Assembly (NCBI RefSeq): GCF_037042905.1
Contig: NC_087245.1
Location: 2,978,001 to 3,042,000, forward strand
DNA length: 64,000 bases
Origin: Lytechinus pictus
Taxonomy: Eukaryota
Reading direction: 5' to 3'
Shown: positions 37,109 through 51,098 of the stretch, one piece after another
Position numbering within the stretch: the first letter of the stretch is position 1
Layout of the letters: each line of letters starts with the position of its first letter
Notes under the pieces: generated by a model
What the model saw: only the letters and a program-made list of their open reading frames with translations
Database searches by the model: none
Told to the model about the DNA's origin: nothing
Made by a program: the position numbers and the translations under genes

Positions 37109-40100
37109 ATGTCTCAGGGTGGTGGTCCTACTTCATCAAAGGTATTTTTTTTCTTTAGTCAATTAATAATTGTATTGGATTCTGATGAAAAGATTAAACC
37201 CTTTGCTTGATACAGGTATGATTTAGACATCAAGGAGGATAAAGTTTGTGAATTATATTGACCAAAGAAAAAAAAGGAATAACATTAACTTAATCAAAGA
37301 TGTGAAAATGATATGTATAGGGGGGGGGGGGTGGAGGGTAGGTAAAAATAATTGCTTGCTTTTTTTATGTATATACAAGAAGAATTTCTCATTCTTCAGC
37401 AGAAATGAAACAGGTAAACATACCTAGGGCTTATACTCACAAAATGAATAAAAAGTGTTTGAAATAAAGCCTTATGATGTTGTATTTGTATTATTCTTTT
37501 TTTTAGGAGAAGAGTGATGCCAGTCTTGACCTTCAGGTTGAGGAATTATTAAAACCACCTGAAAAGCTTCCTCTAACAAGCAGCCCCTTGGATGGGGAAC
37601 CTGAGAATCACTTCCCTCAATTTGGAGAAAAGGATTATGAAAGTAAGATCATGTTCTTTGAAGTAATCTTTTATTTTATCATCACCAAATCTGATGTCAG
37701 TAATAACTACATGTAATATTTGTTCAACAAACTCTAATTATTTTGTCTCTCAAAGCTAGTGCAGTTTAAAATTTTTGGGAGTTACAAGAGTGAATTTCAG
37801 TCAAAACAATTAACATGCATAATATCAGAAAAAATTAATGCAGTGTTCTTTTCCAACTTTTAACTCCAATTTGGTAATTAAAAGGTGCTATGTACTAGTA
37901 TAGCATCAAAATGTCACATTTTTGTGTAAAACATTGGTGCCAGACACAGAACTAGGATTTTTTCCCAATCTAACATGGTCTGTATGTTAAATACTTGAAC
38001 TTGATGTCATGCATACATAGTTATTTGCAAACTGTCACTGGTAGGTACTCCATACTGCAGTAATGACTAAACAAATATTTGATAAGACATTTCTGTCATG
38101 CATATTGCTTCCATAAGCAAAAATCATATAAAGAACTTGGAGTATTGTTAAGTTTGTGATTTATTGATATGTGAATAAATTACCAGGGAATATAAAGGAG
38201 GAGGAAAGGTTTTCGCTGGCAAATGAGTAGGGTTAATGGGGGTGGGGGGGGGGGGTGTACTTACTGGTATTGAGAGTATAACCTTTTTAATGTTACCTTG
38301 TGTGATTTTAATGTCAGCACTTTGAAAGAAAAAAATATTGGTGACAAAATATTTTAATGGGCTTGTTCATACAAGTTTGTACAAACAAATCTTGAAACGT
38401 TAAACTAGTGAAGATAGAGTAATCATTATTTTCACAGCCTGTTGCCCAGAGGTCTTAATAAAAATGTTGGGAAAATTTCAGTCTCCCATCACAGGTAGAT
38501 TATCTTCTTAGCCTGATTTTATTTTCTTGGAGGGGGTGAGGGAGGGTCACCCAAAGGTCTTCATATATATGATGTTAATATTAAACAGTGAAACATTACA
38601 AGGGAAACATGGGTCTTGTTTGATTTGCATTCTTTTAGGGACTGATTATTTATTCCTCTCAGATTCCATTCATATAGAAAAGTTATGTGAATCACATGTT
38701 ACATGAAACCTATCTATCTGTCTTCTTCATATCAGGTTAACTTCAGATCAAGCTCTGTTTGTTTATGTCATATTACATGTATCTTGACATTCAAGAACAG
38801 TGTTTTATATCAAGGTAAAATAATAACATATACAGTGTTATTGTACCTTGGCCAGATGAAACTATCTATGATAAACTAAATTGTGATACTTAAAAAAATC
38901 ATTTTGATATGTTCTACGTGTAACAGTTTCATCCACATGTCAGAGAAATTTTTATGATTAATTTCAGTCGGTGAAACAGTGAAATGCTCATAAAATTGTC
39001 TGACCAAACTAACTTGTTCTTGTTCATTTCATTTTACACTCTCAATTGAACTGTGGAGTGATGATTAATTGAATGCCATTTTTTCCTCCAACTCTTGTTC
39101 CACTCCCCATTTTCCCTATCACATTCTCTGTGCTTTTCTCTTTCTAAAACTGCTTCCTTGCATTTTCTCATCTTGTGGAAAATGTCCTATTCATCACTGT
39201 CATCATTATATATCTCCTCCCATCCAATCAACACCTCCTCCCCTGTTTCCTTCTTCCCCTCACCTCTCAGGTCATAGAAGTGACAATGTCTTGGTTCATC
39301 ATCAGCTGGAACCATTACCAAAGAGAGGTTCTTCAAGGAGTTTAAGAGAGAGTGATGCCCAGCAGCAGAAGATACGCACTAGTCAGTCTAGTAAGAGCAT
39401 TGCTGATGCTACAGAGGAACTCATTACAAGTATTGCTGAAGAGAATGTCACTGATAGTGTTGATGGGGGAGAGAAAAGTGCACCAAAGGTGAGCTCAATC
39501 CTTCATTCTTGCCATAATTTATCTCCTTTCTTCACTTCTGATATACATTTAAGAGTTCATCCAAATGTTAATAAAATATAAAGGCCTATACAGAACTCAT
39601 TAGCTATTATGGTACTTAAAAGAATACTTGTTCCAAATTGTGATTTAAATGTACATTTTTGGCCCCACTTTGCTGTTGCTTCTTTAAAAAAGACATCAAT
39701 TCATTACAAAGAAAACTAATGATATTCGAATCTTATTTTCCATATTGGACTTGTCGGATGAAGGTAAATGATTCAAATCTTAAAACTATCTAAAAATGGT
39801 TAACAAACAAAATATCCACTCGATAATTATTTACTGACATAATTTTTTGCTTTGATAAATCATTAGTGGTTAAAAATTATTGATAAAATAATGGGCAGTC
39901 ATTGCATGATGAAATTTCCCCTTATAACACCAGTTCTGAGAATAGAAATTTTTACTATGACATTGATTGTAATTAGCCAGATTTATAATTTTTGTCAATA
40001 TTTAAACTGGAGACTGCATTTTACCTTGTAAAAGCTTTAGTCAGCATGGTCAAATATTTATTTAAATCCCTACAAATTGATAGTGATGTGGTATTGATTG

Positions 40101-43100
40101 TGGTTTGTAAAACAAACAAGTGGACAAATGTGTGTAACCTTGGAAAAAAATAAAATCATAATCTGTCAAGGATTATTATTCTTTAAATAATCTACACGAT
40201 TAGGCATTTAGCCAAATGGATTGATGTCCAAGATATACACCTATCCAGCTTAAATAGCACAGTAGTTATTCACTTGTCATTCAAGCAACACAATGCAATT
40301 AACACAATACACTGGGGAAAAATAACTTATAATGCTGTCTTAATATCTGCTTCCTATGCCTAGTGGAGTGGTTAAAGAGTATAGGTTGGATGACATCATA
40401 ACGCATGGTATTATGAAAGATTACTTTCATTCATTGAGGGCAAGAAGTTGATCCTTATTCTTATATTGATTACTTCCTTGACTCCTTCCATCTAGGGGGT
40501 AGGGTTTAAAGAAAATGAAATTATACACAAATTTGGGCTACATCCTTCAATTTTCCAGGGAATGTAATTGGCTTGTTACGGCAAAACAATTTGCTATGCA
40601 TTTTTCAATTGCATTTTCCTCCAATAACGAAAACTGCTAGTCACATTTTCAGGGTAATATAATTTATGGCTTCCATAGGATTACATATACGTTTGACAAT
40701 GAGTTTTGTTTCTTTTAAACCTGTGTACATAAAATCTTTTCTTATTGCATATATGTAAACTTTGTTTCTTATCAATTGTACAAGTAGATAGTCTTTTAAT
40801 TTTCAAACAGTCGATGAAGAACTATTAATTGCATGAAGTGTGGTTGTTTTGATGAAAAAATGATGACATTTCACAACTTCAGCTGCTGTGAATCCTATAG
40901 CTCAAAATCTATTTTCCTTCCAATCAGTTTAGAAGAGGACCGGTGTTTCTTTTCAAAAGAAGGAAGCATTATGCCTTACGGGTAGGGTGCATCGTAATGC
41001 ATGGACTTGCCAGAAAGCACAATACTGTTTTGAATGAATTTTAAAACTCAGCAGTTTCTTTCTTGCATGTGAAGTATGAAATAAGAGAACAGTTGTTGCT
41101 GGGAAGGGGGGGGGGTGGTGTTCAGCTTCTCTCTATTATCAAAAGACCAAACCATTTTTAAAAACTGGTAGTTCATGTACATGAATTATGTATTTTGTCA
41201 ATCATTAACATTTTGAAATTCAGCAACTTTTATTTCCTTTTCATATCAGTAGTGCACAGAGTGATAAATGTGGAAAATCATTATTATAATGAAATTCTTT
41301 ATATCAATGACAATAAAATTCTTCATTGTCACTGTAATCAATACATTTTGAAACTTCAGCATTTTATTTCTTTCTTTGCTATAAAGAAGGGAGGAATAGC
41401 CAGAAGCAAAATGTGTTGAATAAAACCTGACTCTTTGTTAAACTTTTATATCTGTTCATCTACACAAAGATCCTCAAATTCTATTCAGTCTTTTGTGGAT
41501 CATGAACAAGTGAAGGTCACTTTGTTATTATTTACAAAGATGAATGGATATCTATGGATACAAACCATTTTTCTGCAATTGAAATTTCAATGATTTTTGC
41601 AATATTTGCAATTTTCTCTTGAGCATGCATGTTTCAAATGAAGTATTTCACATTTGTGGTAATGTCATGTTTTATAGAAGTTGGGAAAATACATTTGTGC
41701 TATCCAAACATGTCAATGAACAGATTACTTGATAATGAGTTACTGATTGATTCAGATTAATCGTAAATCAAGTTTTCGTTGTACAAAATGAAAATTGACA
41801 ACAAGGCACTTTTATTTTTTCTGATTATTTTGAGTTGAATGTTGCATGAAATCAGTAGCATTGTCCATGGATGGGACTGTAACATGCATGCATGTCATAA
41901 TTTATACAAAGTTCATAAGCAATAAAAGGCATGCAGACAGCATCGACATTTGTTCTAAATATTTATATCCCCTATTGACATGTTTTTCATTTCATTGAAT
42001 GATCTTTGATCATATCTGTAGACAAGTATTTTATAAACTAAAAAAGAAAGAAGAAATATGAGCCTTTGGTGTGCATGTACATACATATCAACATTTAGTA
42101 TGCATTTTAAAAAGTATTTCATCCATCTCAGATTATTCATAATCATGATGCCATATGAGAATGGATCTCAATAAATATCTTATTATTCTCTTATTCAGTT
42201 TATAATTGGAGAAGAAGATGGAACTGAACCATTTGTCCAGTCTGAAAGTCAATCAGATGAAAAGAATCTTCATACTGATGCTAATGCTAAGCTCAATGAA
42301 AAGTAAGTCATTTGGAAAGGTAGTGAGAGACATAGATGGGGGGGGGGGTAGGGAGTTAGATGCTGGCAAAGCTTTTCAGCTTGTCTATTATAACAAGCAG
42401 TTATTGAGAATGGTAGGGGAGGGGATAACAGACCAGCTTGTCTATTATAACAAGCAGTTATTGAGAATGGTAGGGGAGGGGATAACAGACCAGCTTGTCT
42501 ATTATAACAAGCAGTTATTGAGAATGGTAGGGGAGGGGATAACAGACCAGCTTGTCTATTACAACAAGCAGTTATTGAGAATGGTAGGGGAGGGGATAAC
42601 AGACCAGCTTGTCTATTATAACAAGCAGTTATTGAGAATGGTAGGGGAGGGGATAACAGACCAGCTTGTCTATTATAACAAGCAGTTATTGAGAATGGTA
42701 GGGGAGGGGATAACAGACCAGCTTGTCTATTATAACAAGCAGTTATTGAGAATGGTAGGGGAGGGGATAACAGACCAGCTTGTCTATTATAACAAGCAGT
42801 TATTTAGAATGGTAGGGGAGGGGATAACAGACCAGCTTGTCTATTATAACAAGCAGTTATTGAGAATGGTAGGGGAGGGGATAACAGACCAGCTTGTCTA
42901 TTATAACAAGCAGTTATTGAGAATGGTAGGGGAGGGGATAACAGACCAGCTTGTCTATTATAACAAGCAGTTATTGATAATGGTAGGGGAGGGGATAACA
43001 GACCAGCTTGTCTATTATAACAAGCAGTTATTGATAATGGTAGGGGAGGGGATAACAGACCAGCTTGTCTATTATAACAAGCAGTTATTGAGAATGGTAG

Positions 43101-46100
43101 GGGAGGGGATAACAGACCAGCTTGTCTATTATAACAAGCAGTTATTGAGAATGGTAGGGGAGGGGATAACAGACCAGCTTGTCTATTATAACAAGCAGTT
43201 ATTGAGAATGGTAGGGGAGGGGATAACAGACCAGCTTGTCTATTATAACAAGCAGTTATTGAGAATGGTAGGGGAGGGGATAACAGACCAGCTTGTCTAT
43301 TATAACAAGCAGTTATTGAGAATGGTAGGGTAGGGGATAACAGACTAGGTGTGTATACAGTACATATATGCAAACTTGTATTTTTAAGTATGCTCACTTC
43401 TTTTGGCTACCCTCAAAACTCAAAATTTGTATTGTGTCTATATTTTTTGTCAAGAAAATGTAATACTCCTGATTTTCCTACTAATATGCCTTTACAGGGC
43501 AAAGTTACAAAACCACCTTGTTTTCAACTTTGTATTGAAATTCCTTGAGAAGAGTAAATGTCTAAATGAATTAATGCAATACAATTCAATTAAATTTATT
43601 CAGTTTATTTCACTCCATTAATATTTCAGTATTTCAACTAATTTACTTCTTAGAAATAAAGGATACGTTTCTTGTATATCACACATAAATTACATTGTTT
43701 TAACAGGCCTGGATCCCACAAGCACCATCGTCACCACCACCACTCTCATAGCAAGAAGCAACGTAACTTGTCTGTGGACCCCAATGAACGTCTACGACAG
43801 GGTAGTGATGTTAATCTTAAGATGCATGATATATCTATCAAGATTGGTGGTGATGATGATGATGATGATGAGGAAGAAGGAGAGATGAATCCATCCATCA
43901 GAGAGACCATGGCTGGTAAGGCTACCTCATATTTGCTATTCGTTCACCTGTTGTCATATTTGAATTATCTAAACTAAGACTGAACTGTAACACCTCTTCC
44001 CATTTATCTGAGCTATGCCAATTATAATCGATTGCATTATCTAATTAGTTTCATTTATAGAAATCCATGCAAGAAAAAATTAACATTTTGAAAAGTGTTT
44101 TGGAGTAATAAAATTATTTATTATCAGAGCCTGCAATATAAACAAAATTGTATGTGGTACATAATAAAGATTTCCATCTTTTGGGTTGAGAATAAATTTG
44201 ATATCAAGAAATTTCAGCATCTGTACTTCATAAAAAATCCTTCAGACGATGGATGTTCAGGTTTACTTTTGTGTGTGATGATGACGATGTTTCTTGGTAA
44301 GTGTGTCTGTGTGTGAATGTGCATACTTTGCTTTTCCCCCTCTTCATCTGATACGTACATATATTAATTACTGTATTTTTTGGAGGCTTCTTGCTTTCAA
44401 GTGTAAACTTTTTGTTGCCCTCCTTTTCTTGTAATGATATTTCTACCTGTATGTATGAATGTACAATTTGATGATGTTTTAATTATTATCAAGAATAAAT
44501 TGAATTTGAATTGAATTGAATTCAGAAAGAGTGCATTTCTTGTATTACTGTGACCTAAGCAAAGTATGCTATTTGTCATTGAAAAGTGTTTGTTTATATC
44601 AGCATTCTAACTCCATATATGTCTATATCATCTTTCTAGTCCATCGTCTTGGTGATATGTCTGGAGGAGGACGCCATCACCATTCCTCTCACAGGCACAG
44701 TGTCAGCTCCTTTGTCCATGTGCGTGGTAGGAGAAATTCGGGGGAGAAGAAGAAGAAAAATTCACCAAGAAAGAAAGAGTTTGATCACAGGCCTCATGAG
44801 GTATGGAGAATTTTTCTTATTAATCCTGAGATTACGTATTTTATAAACTCTTTGTAATTAATACATAGTTTGAATAATGTAAGAACGCAATACTTTTGCT
44901 TTAATAATAATAATAATAATAGCGGTATATTTACCCAGGGTAGCCGCTTCAGTTCCGAAAACTGTTCTCCCAGCGGGCCCTGCTATTATTACCCCGGCTT
45001 TAGCTGGGCTGCCTAGGCGCTCAAGCATTCAAGGAATTAATCCTGCCGGGTACCCATTGACCACAACAATTTGATTACAAGATTTCTGAATTTACTTGCA
45101 TTTTGAGAGATAAAGCGTAGGGTATCTACAGGTTTTTATATCTGTTCTTCATGATATATCTCTAACTACAGTGTTGAGTGGTTGTGCATAATACCATCTC
45201 CCCCCTCTCTTTATACTCTCTCTCTCTATCTTTTTCTTCTCTTTTGTACTAGGTCTTTGTTGAATTGGATGAGTTGTACAAAGAGGAAGGTCATGAGATG
45301 CAATGGAAGGAGAAAGCTCGTTGGATCAAGTATGAGGAAGATGTAGAAGAAGGTGCACAGCGCTGGGGTAAACCTCACGTTGCTTCTCTATCCTTTCACA
45401 GCCTGGTAGAGCTAAGACAATACTTAGAACATGGTGAGTTGACTTTATGCTTGCTCTAGGTCGACCTTCAATATCAATTAGGACAAATTATTTTTTCTTT
45501 CAATCATTTGTCTTTCAAAGGATTACAATTTCAGATCTTAAAATTAAAATTTAGATTACCCTATGATTGCAAGGACAGATTTAAACAACCCCTGCACTTG
45601 TCCAAAATCACTGAAAATCGATGACTTAGTTTTCGACAGACATTTGGCATTTGGCACAAGAATTTGCATTGAATGGCAGTATGCAGATATGTTGTCAATT
45701 ATGGTGATGATTAAAACCTACCATTTGAGATGCAACACATTGTTGGCAAGAGATATAGCGTAATTTGCAGTCTCTCTCCATTGGTTTGTCGCAAGGTAAC
45801 TAAATGATATGAATTAAAAAGTCATTTTATTACCTGGTCATAGTGCTTGTCCATTTCAACATTCAAAATTTTACTTTGATATGATTTTGAACCCATCTAC
45901 CTTTTTTTTTATTCCAGCCACTGCCTTGTTTGATTTGGAAGAGACTAATCTCTCAACAATCTTTCATCGCATCGTTGACACCATGATCAACGCTGGTCAG
46001 ATCAAAGAAGAGAATAGAGGAGATATCATGAGAGCACTCTTACTCAAACACAAGTAAGTTGCTATAGATAACACTATGCATTTTATGACCAACATGGGAT

Positions 46101-49100
46101 ACACTTTACTTCATTTTCATCAAAATATTAGATACTGATCATTCGCATCAAATACCCATAGATATAACTTATATTCTGTATCCATGTGGTGTTGATATTT
46201 GAATTTATCAAAGTATGTTACTCTCATTAAGAAAAAAAATTGTAAAGTACTTGTAAGTGCACTAAACGACCTTGCAGATTGTTCAGAATATACTAGCATC
46301 ACAAGTGAAAAATGTGCCCAATAGCTTCTCTTGAGGACGCTTCCATCATGTGAAATTGTTGGCATGTATCTTGCAAGTAATTAAAACAAAACATTGCAGT
46401 GCTGTGATGCATTATCAAAGCATTTGCGCTTTTATTTGGTGTGCTGTATATTGTGGAACCTGATCAGCATTCTAGTTCATGTATAAATCCTCATTGTTTT
46501 TATTAAATGGCTGATGTTTGAAGGATACTTCACATTTTGCACAATACACGCTGAATTTTATAAACAGCATATTTATCTTTTAATGTGTATTTTATTTGAT
46601 ATTTTGAAGAGTTTGTTCTGTTCAATTTTCAAAAACTATTAAAGCTTTTACCCCAATGTTAATCAGTTTTGCATGTCTGTTTGTATTTGATATTGAAATT
46701 TTCAATCAAATTTGGTGTTGGTCATGTTTTATGTTTCATAAAATGATTTTTTTCAATGGAGTTCCTTTTGATATTTATGGATTTGCTTGTAAACATAACA
46801 TTCAACATGGTTTTATAAAACTCTATGCACATACCCCCCACCTGCCCCATCACTCCCCCCCCCCCCAAAGAAAAAAAAAATCCCCCCTTCATGAATTGCA
46901 AGAGTATTATTATGAAGAAGCTTGGTATTTCCCAAACCTTGTTTTGCAATTACATACACAAGCTTAGGGTTTCACAAATCCCAAAGATGTATGTGGATAG
47001 TGCATCACTCTAAAAACACCAAGTATATCTTCTTCAATATTTGCTTCATTTTCACGTCACAAATTAAAATGAGATAAATTCAAAGTAAGCATTGAATCAT
47101 TCAAGCATCTCATCAGATAGACATTAAAGAACCATATGATAGCAGCAAAATAATAAAAATAAAAAGAGAAAGTTGTATTAAAATAGAAAATCTCAAATCA
47201 CCAAAAAAAATCCATGCCTATTTCCCTTTAAACTTTGATGCTGCTAAGATTGATGTAAAAGTGAAAAGCTTACCCCCTCCTGACTCCTTACACACCATGA
47301 ATATCATAAACTATTAATTTGTATATATGCCAATAAAAATATTAGTCATCACCATCATCATACCTCCATCATAAATCTAGGCACGTGAATGATGGTGGCA
47401 ACCACAATATTCTACGCAACTTCTCTACCATCTCCCTTGGTTCCATGGATGACAAGAAGGGTGAAAGGTATTCTAAAGATGAAATCATCTGTTATGTCAT
47501 TGTTTGTTTGCATGGATTTTTGTTTTTGTTTCAATGTTTTCCCACTTCCCAGTCACTAATTCATCATGTTTCTGGAAAAAAGACAGCATTTTGCTACAGA
47601 TTTCTCTCCTTTATAATACATGGTTGAGACTGCTGCAATGAAGACCAGAGAGAAGAAAAGTTGGTTCAAATCGGATTGAATGATTTTCCAGAGCAGATCT
47701 ACTATCTGATATAAGAATTTTCCCCAAATTTTGTTTTTATCAATAACCAAGCATGTGTGGCTTATTAACAATTACATGCAATCATATGAATTCTTAAGAA
47801 TGAAGCAATACATTCAGATGCTCAAGATATTAACCAGCACACAATCCCCCAAGGAATATAAAGTGTCAATATTTAATGATAAGCAATACCATGATAAAGG
47901 TCACAAATCCAAAAATTCCCCATAAACCATATTTGCATTCATAGTTATGAGAAAATTCTCAATTACCCACTCCCCCCTCCTTTACCCATAGTATCCCCTT
48001 CCTGTTTGTACATTCTATTTGTTTCCCTTACTACTACTAGTTTACAGTGGTGCTCAAAAGTAAGTGAACCCCACCACAAAATGAACATGTTCAAGTTCTA
48101 CCATGTTTTAGACATTTAATTGTGAAGACAGGTGATAAAATATTAGATTCAATAAAGTATGTTTCTCCGGGCTCGCCGAACATTGATGTGTTGTTTACAT
48201 TCAACACTCATTATGGAGGTGTGCATTTTGTGGTGGGGTTCATTAACTTTTGAGTACAACCTTATTTATAAAATGTATATTTTAATTTTTCTGAAGATGT
48301 CTTTTTATGCACCTAACATACATGTATACATTTTCATCCTATTATGTAAGCAATATATATATTTCAGATTCAATAATTTGCACATTTGCGCATGACAATT
48401 TGTAACCAATTCTCATATATTATTTGCTAAAGGAAAATAATCTCTGTTAATTACACTTTCATTTTGTATTCTGTTGACAATGGGCTGGTCCAAAGTTAGT
48501 CCAATGTGACTTTTAAGATGTTATTAAAATCTACTACAAACATCCTTAAGGTTCAGAACTAATACATGATAAAATATAGTGATAAATGGGTAAATTTGTG
48601 CCTATTCATAGATATGACTGTAATCTCATATAACTATTATATTATTTGATCACTCATAGGCATGAGAAACATCATCACCACTCTGGTATCTTTAAGAACC
48701 TGTCTTCAATCAGCCTTACTGGACATGGTCAAACAAAGGTAGTGAAAAGATCATTTTGACAATGTTTTTTTTAATTATTATTATTCCAGCTGTACTTCTG
48801 TTGAATAATGTACATCACAACTATTACAACATGAATCAAGGATCTGAAGAGCGTGATTTGTTGTGTTGTCGTTGGATCTAATGCTCTTTTATTTTCAACC
48901 AGACTTGAAATGAGACGAGTCGATGCAGGATGTACAGTTCATATATACATATATTAATTAAAGATGATTACTTGATGATAATGACAAATACATGAGTAAG
49001 TCTGATGGTGACTATACTCTGCAGATGAAGATAATATAAATGCTGCAAACTGATGTAGTATACTTTTCTGTAGCTCTAAACTCCAATCTCTATTCTGTAA

Positions 49101-51062
49101 TCTATCTACAATCTCTAAAGTAATCTGATTTGGGTTCAGAAGTGGACCCCTATTATATTGGTCTGTTCAAGACTCTTTACAACCAAACAGGTGTTGGTCA
49201 ACCTTGGACGCTTGACCAAAATAATCTGTATGTCATAACTTTACTCTGAATTGGGGGAGTTGACCTTTTAGGGAGAACATGAAATGTAGTGGATAAGAAA
49301 CCCATAAAATGTGTGTGCGTCAGAAGTTTAGTTGGAAGAATAATGAGTAATACTTTCTTATGAAAGTTGGAGTTGGTATACTTCCTGTAGAAGTATTGAA
49401 TAAGTATTGCTTATGTATTGATGTATTATTGAATATGTGAGATATGTCTTATCATCACATAACAATTATTAGACCTAGATCTTTAGAAGTAGATTTTTGC
49501 TGGTAAAATGTTAGCAGTATTAAGATAGTTTAATGATGTAGGTGATCGTTTATTAAAAATTTCATTACTTTCTCATCAGTTTGATCTGATGCGATCTAAT
49601 CAAGCCAAATGTTCATAAGCACAAGCTTGTCTCTGTCCTGTCCTAAAGTCTCTTATTAATTTTTATTCTACCTCTACTGCAGCCGGAATCTGAAGTACGT
49701 ATTCCTATGATCAGCATTGATGGCAAACCTAATACAAACGGCACGCCTAATGACAACCAGAATGCATCGTCCGGTGGATTTAACACCACACCCTCTTCAA
49801 CCTCTCTCATGAAACTCGCCCATAAACTGGACAACAAGAAGATTGAAGGCATCATGCGAAAGATCCCACAGGATGCAGAAGTAACCTCTGCTTTGGTAGG
49901 TGAGGTTGACTTCCTCCAGACCCCAGCTGTCTCATTTGTACGTCTTGCAGAAGGTGCTATCCTAGATAACTTCTCTGAAGTACCCATCCCTGTCAGGTTC
50001 CTCTTTGTCATGCTGGTACCAACCGATTCTGACATCAACTACCATGAACTTGGAAGATCTTTCTCCACGCTCATGTCCAATGATGTAAGTCTCATTTCTG
50101 TCTTGGTACATGGTTGTGCATTCAGAAATTTAGTACATTTGATGTTGTCTAATAAAAGTTTAATTTCTTTATAGCAGTTACAGAAATTATATTGGAATGA
50201 TCAATATCACAGTATCAGGTAGTGTTTTTGATTAGTGTAAGGTGCTGGATATACTGAAGACATGATATATGGATGAACAGGAGATTGTGTGAAAAATAAG
50301 TACATTATCAGATCATTATACTCTGTTCATGAATTCAAAAGTGAAGACCATTTTACAGATGATAGAATCCCATAAAATGATTAACATGAAAACATATGAT
50401 ATCCCTACAGCACTTCCATGAGACTGCATACCGTGCTGAATCAATGAGGGATCTTCTGACAGCCATGAACACTTTCATTGATCACACCATTGTACTACCA
50501 CCCGGTGACTGGGATAGGGAACTTCTTCTTCCAGTACTACGAATGCAGAATGAGAAGATGAAGAAGTTGAGAGCTGAATCAATGGAAGATGAGTTTGATG
50601 GGGATTTGACGGTCACTGATATCAGTAAGTATTCTTGGATTTATGATGAAGAGTACCCTTATTATTTTTGCATTAATTAATACATTAATCTAATTTGTCT
50701 GTGTAGTGTTTTATGCCTTTGAAAGCAGTGATGTGATACAGAGCCTGAAGTGATCTTAATAACCTTTTGATTACACTGTCGAGATTTCTTTTCATTCCAT
50801 TACTGCTGGCCATGGCCTACTTTACATTCTGATTAATATGGTTTTCCTTCATTTAAATGCCTACATTTCTTGGAAATCTATAATTCTGATGTTCTACCAA
50901 GAGCCATCAATGGTGCAGGCAATGAATCTTCAAACTGTGATATTGACTTTTATCATTCTTGATCTCTTGTGTCATAATGAAATTCACTTTGCAAACACAT
51001 AGAGCTACCTGTTCCCACTAACTTGCAAACATGTAAGTTCTGTCACTTTCTCTTTTCTACCC

Positions 51063-51098
<36 letters not shown>

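Noticed and set aside
42377..43345. CRISPR-like array (regular repeats with an internal hairpin)
   Set aside because: Units are contiguous and identical with no unique spacers, there are no cas genes, and the context is a eukaryotic intron.
42206..43397. 375-aa and 197-aa repeat-protein ORFs
   Set aside because: By-products of a 57-bp unit divisible by 3. The plus-strand ORF is out of frame with exon 42199-42302, and intron read-through in the gene frame hits TAA at once.
48903..48930. Extra micro-exon candidates in paralog 2 (also near 47600)
   Set aside because: They introduce stops or frameshifts in the required phase.
49643..50038. Antisense ORFs over SLC4 exons (also 8436, 9046, 54201, 56506, 57302)
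   Set aside because: Shadow frames of coding exons with no independent motifs.
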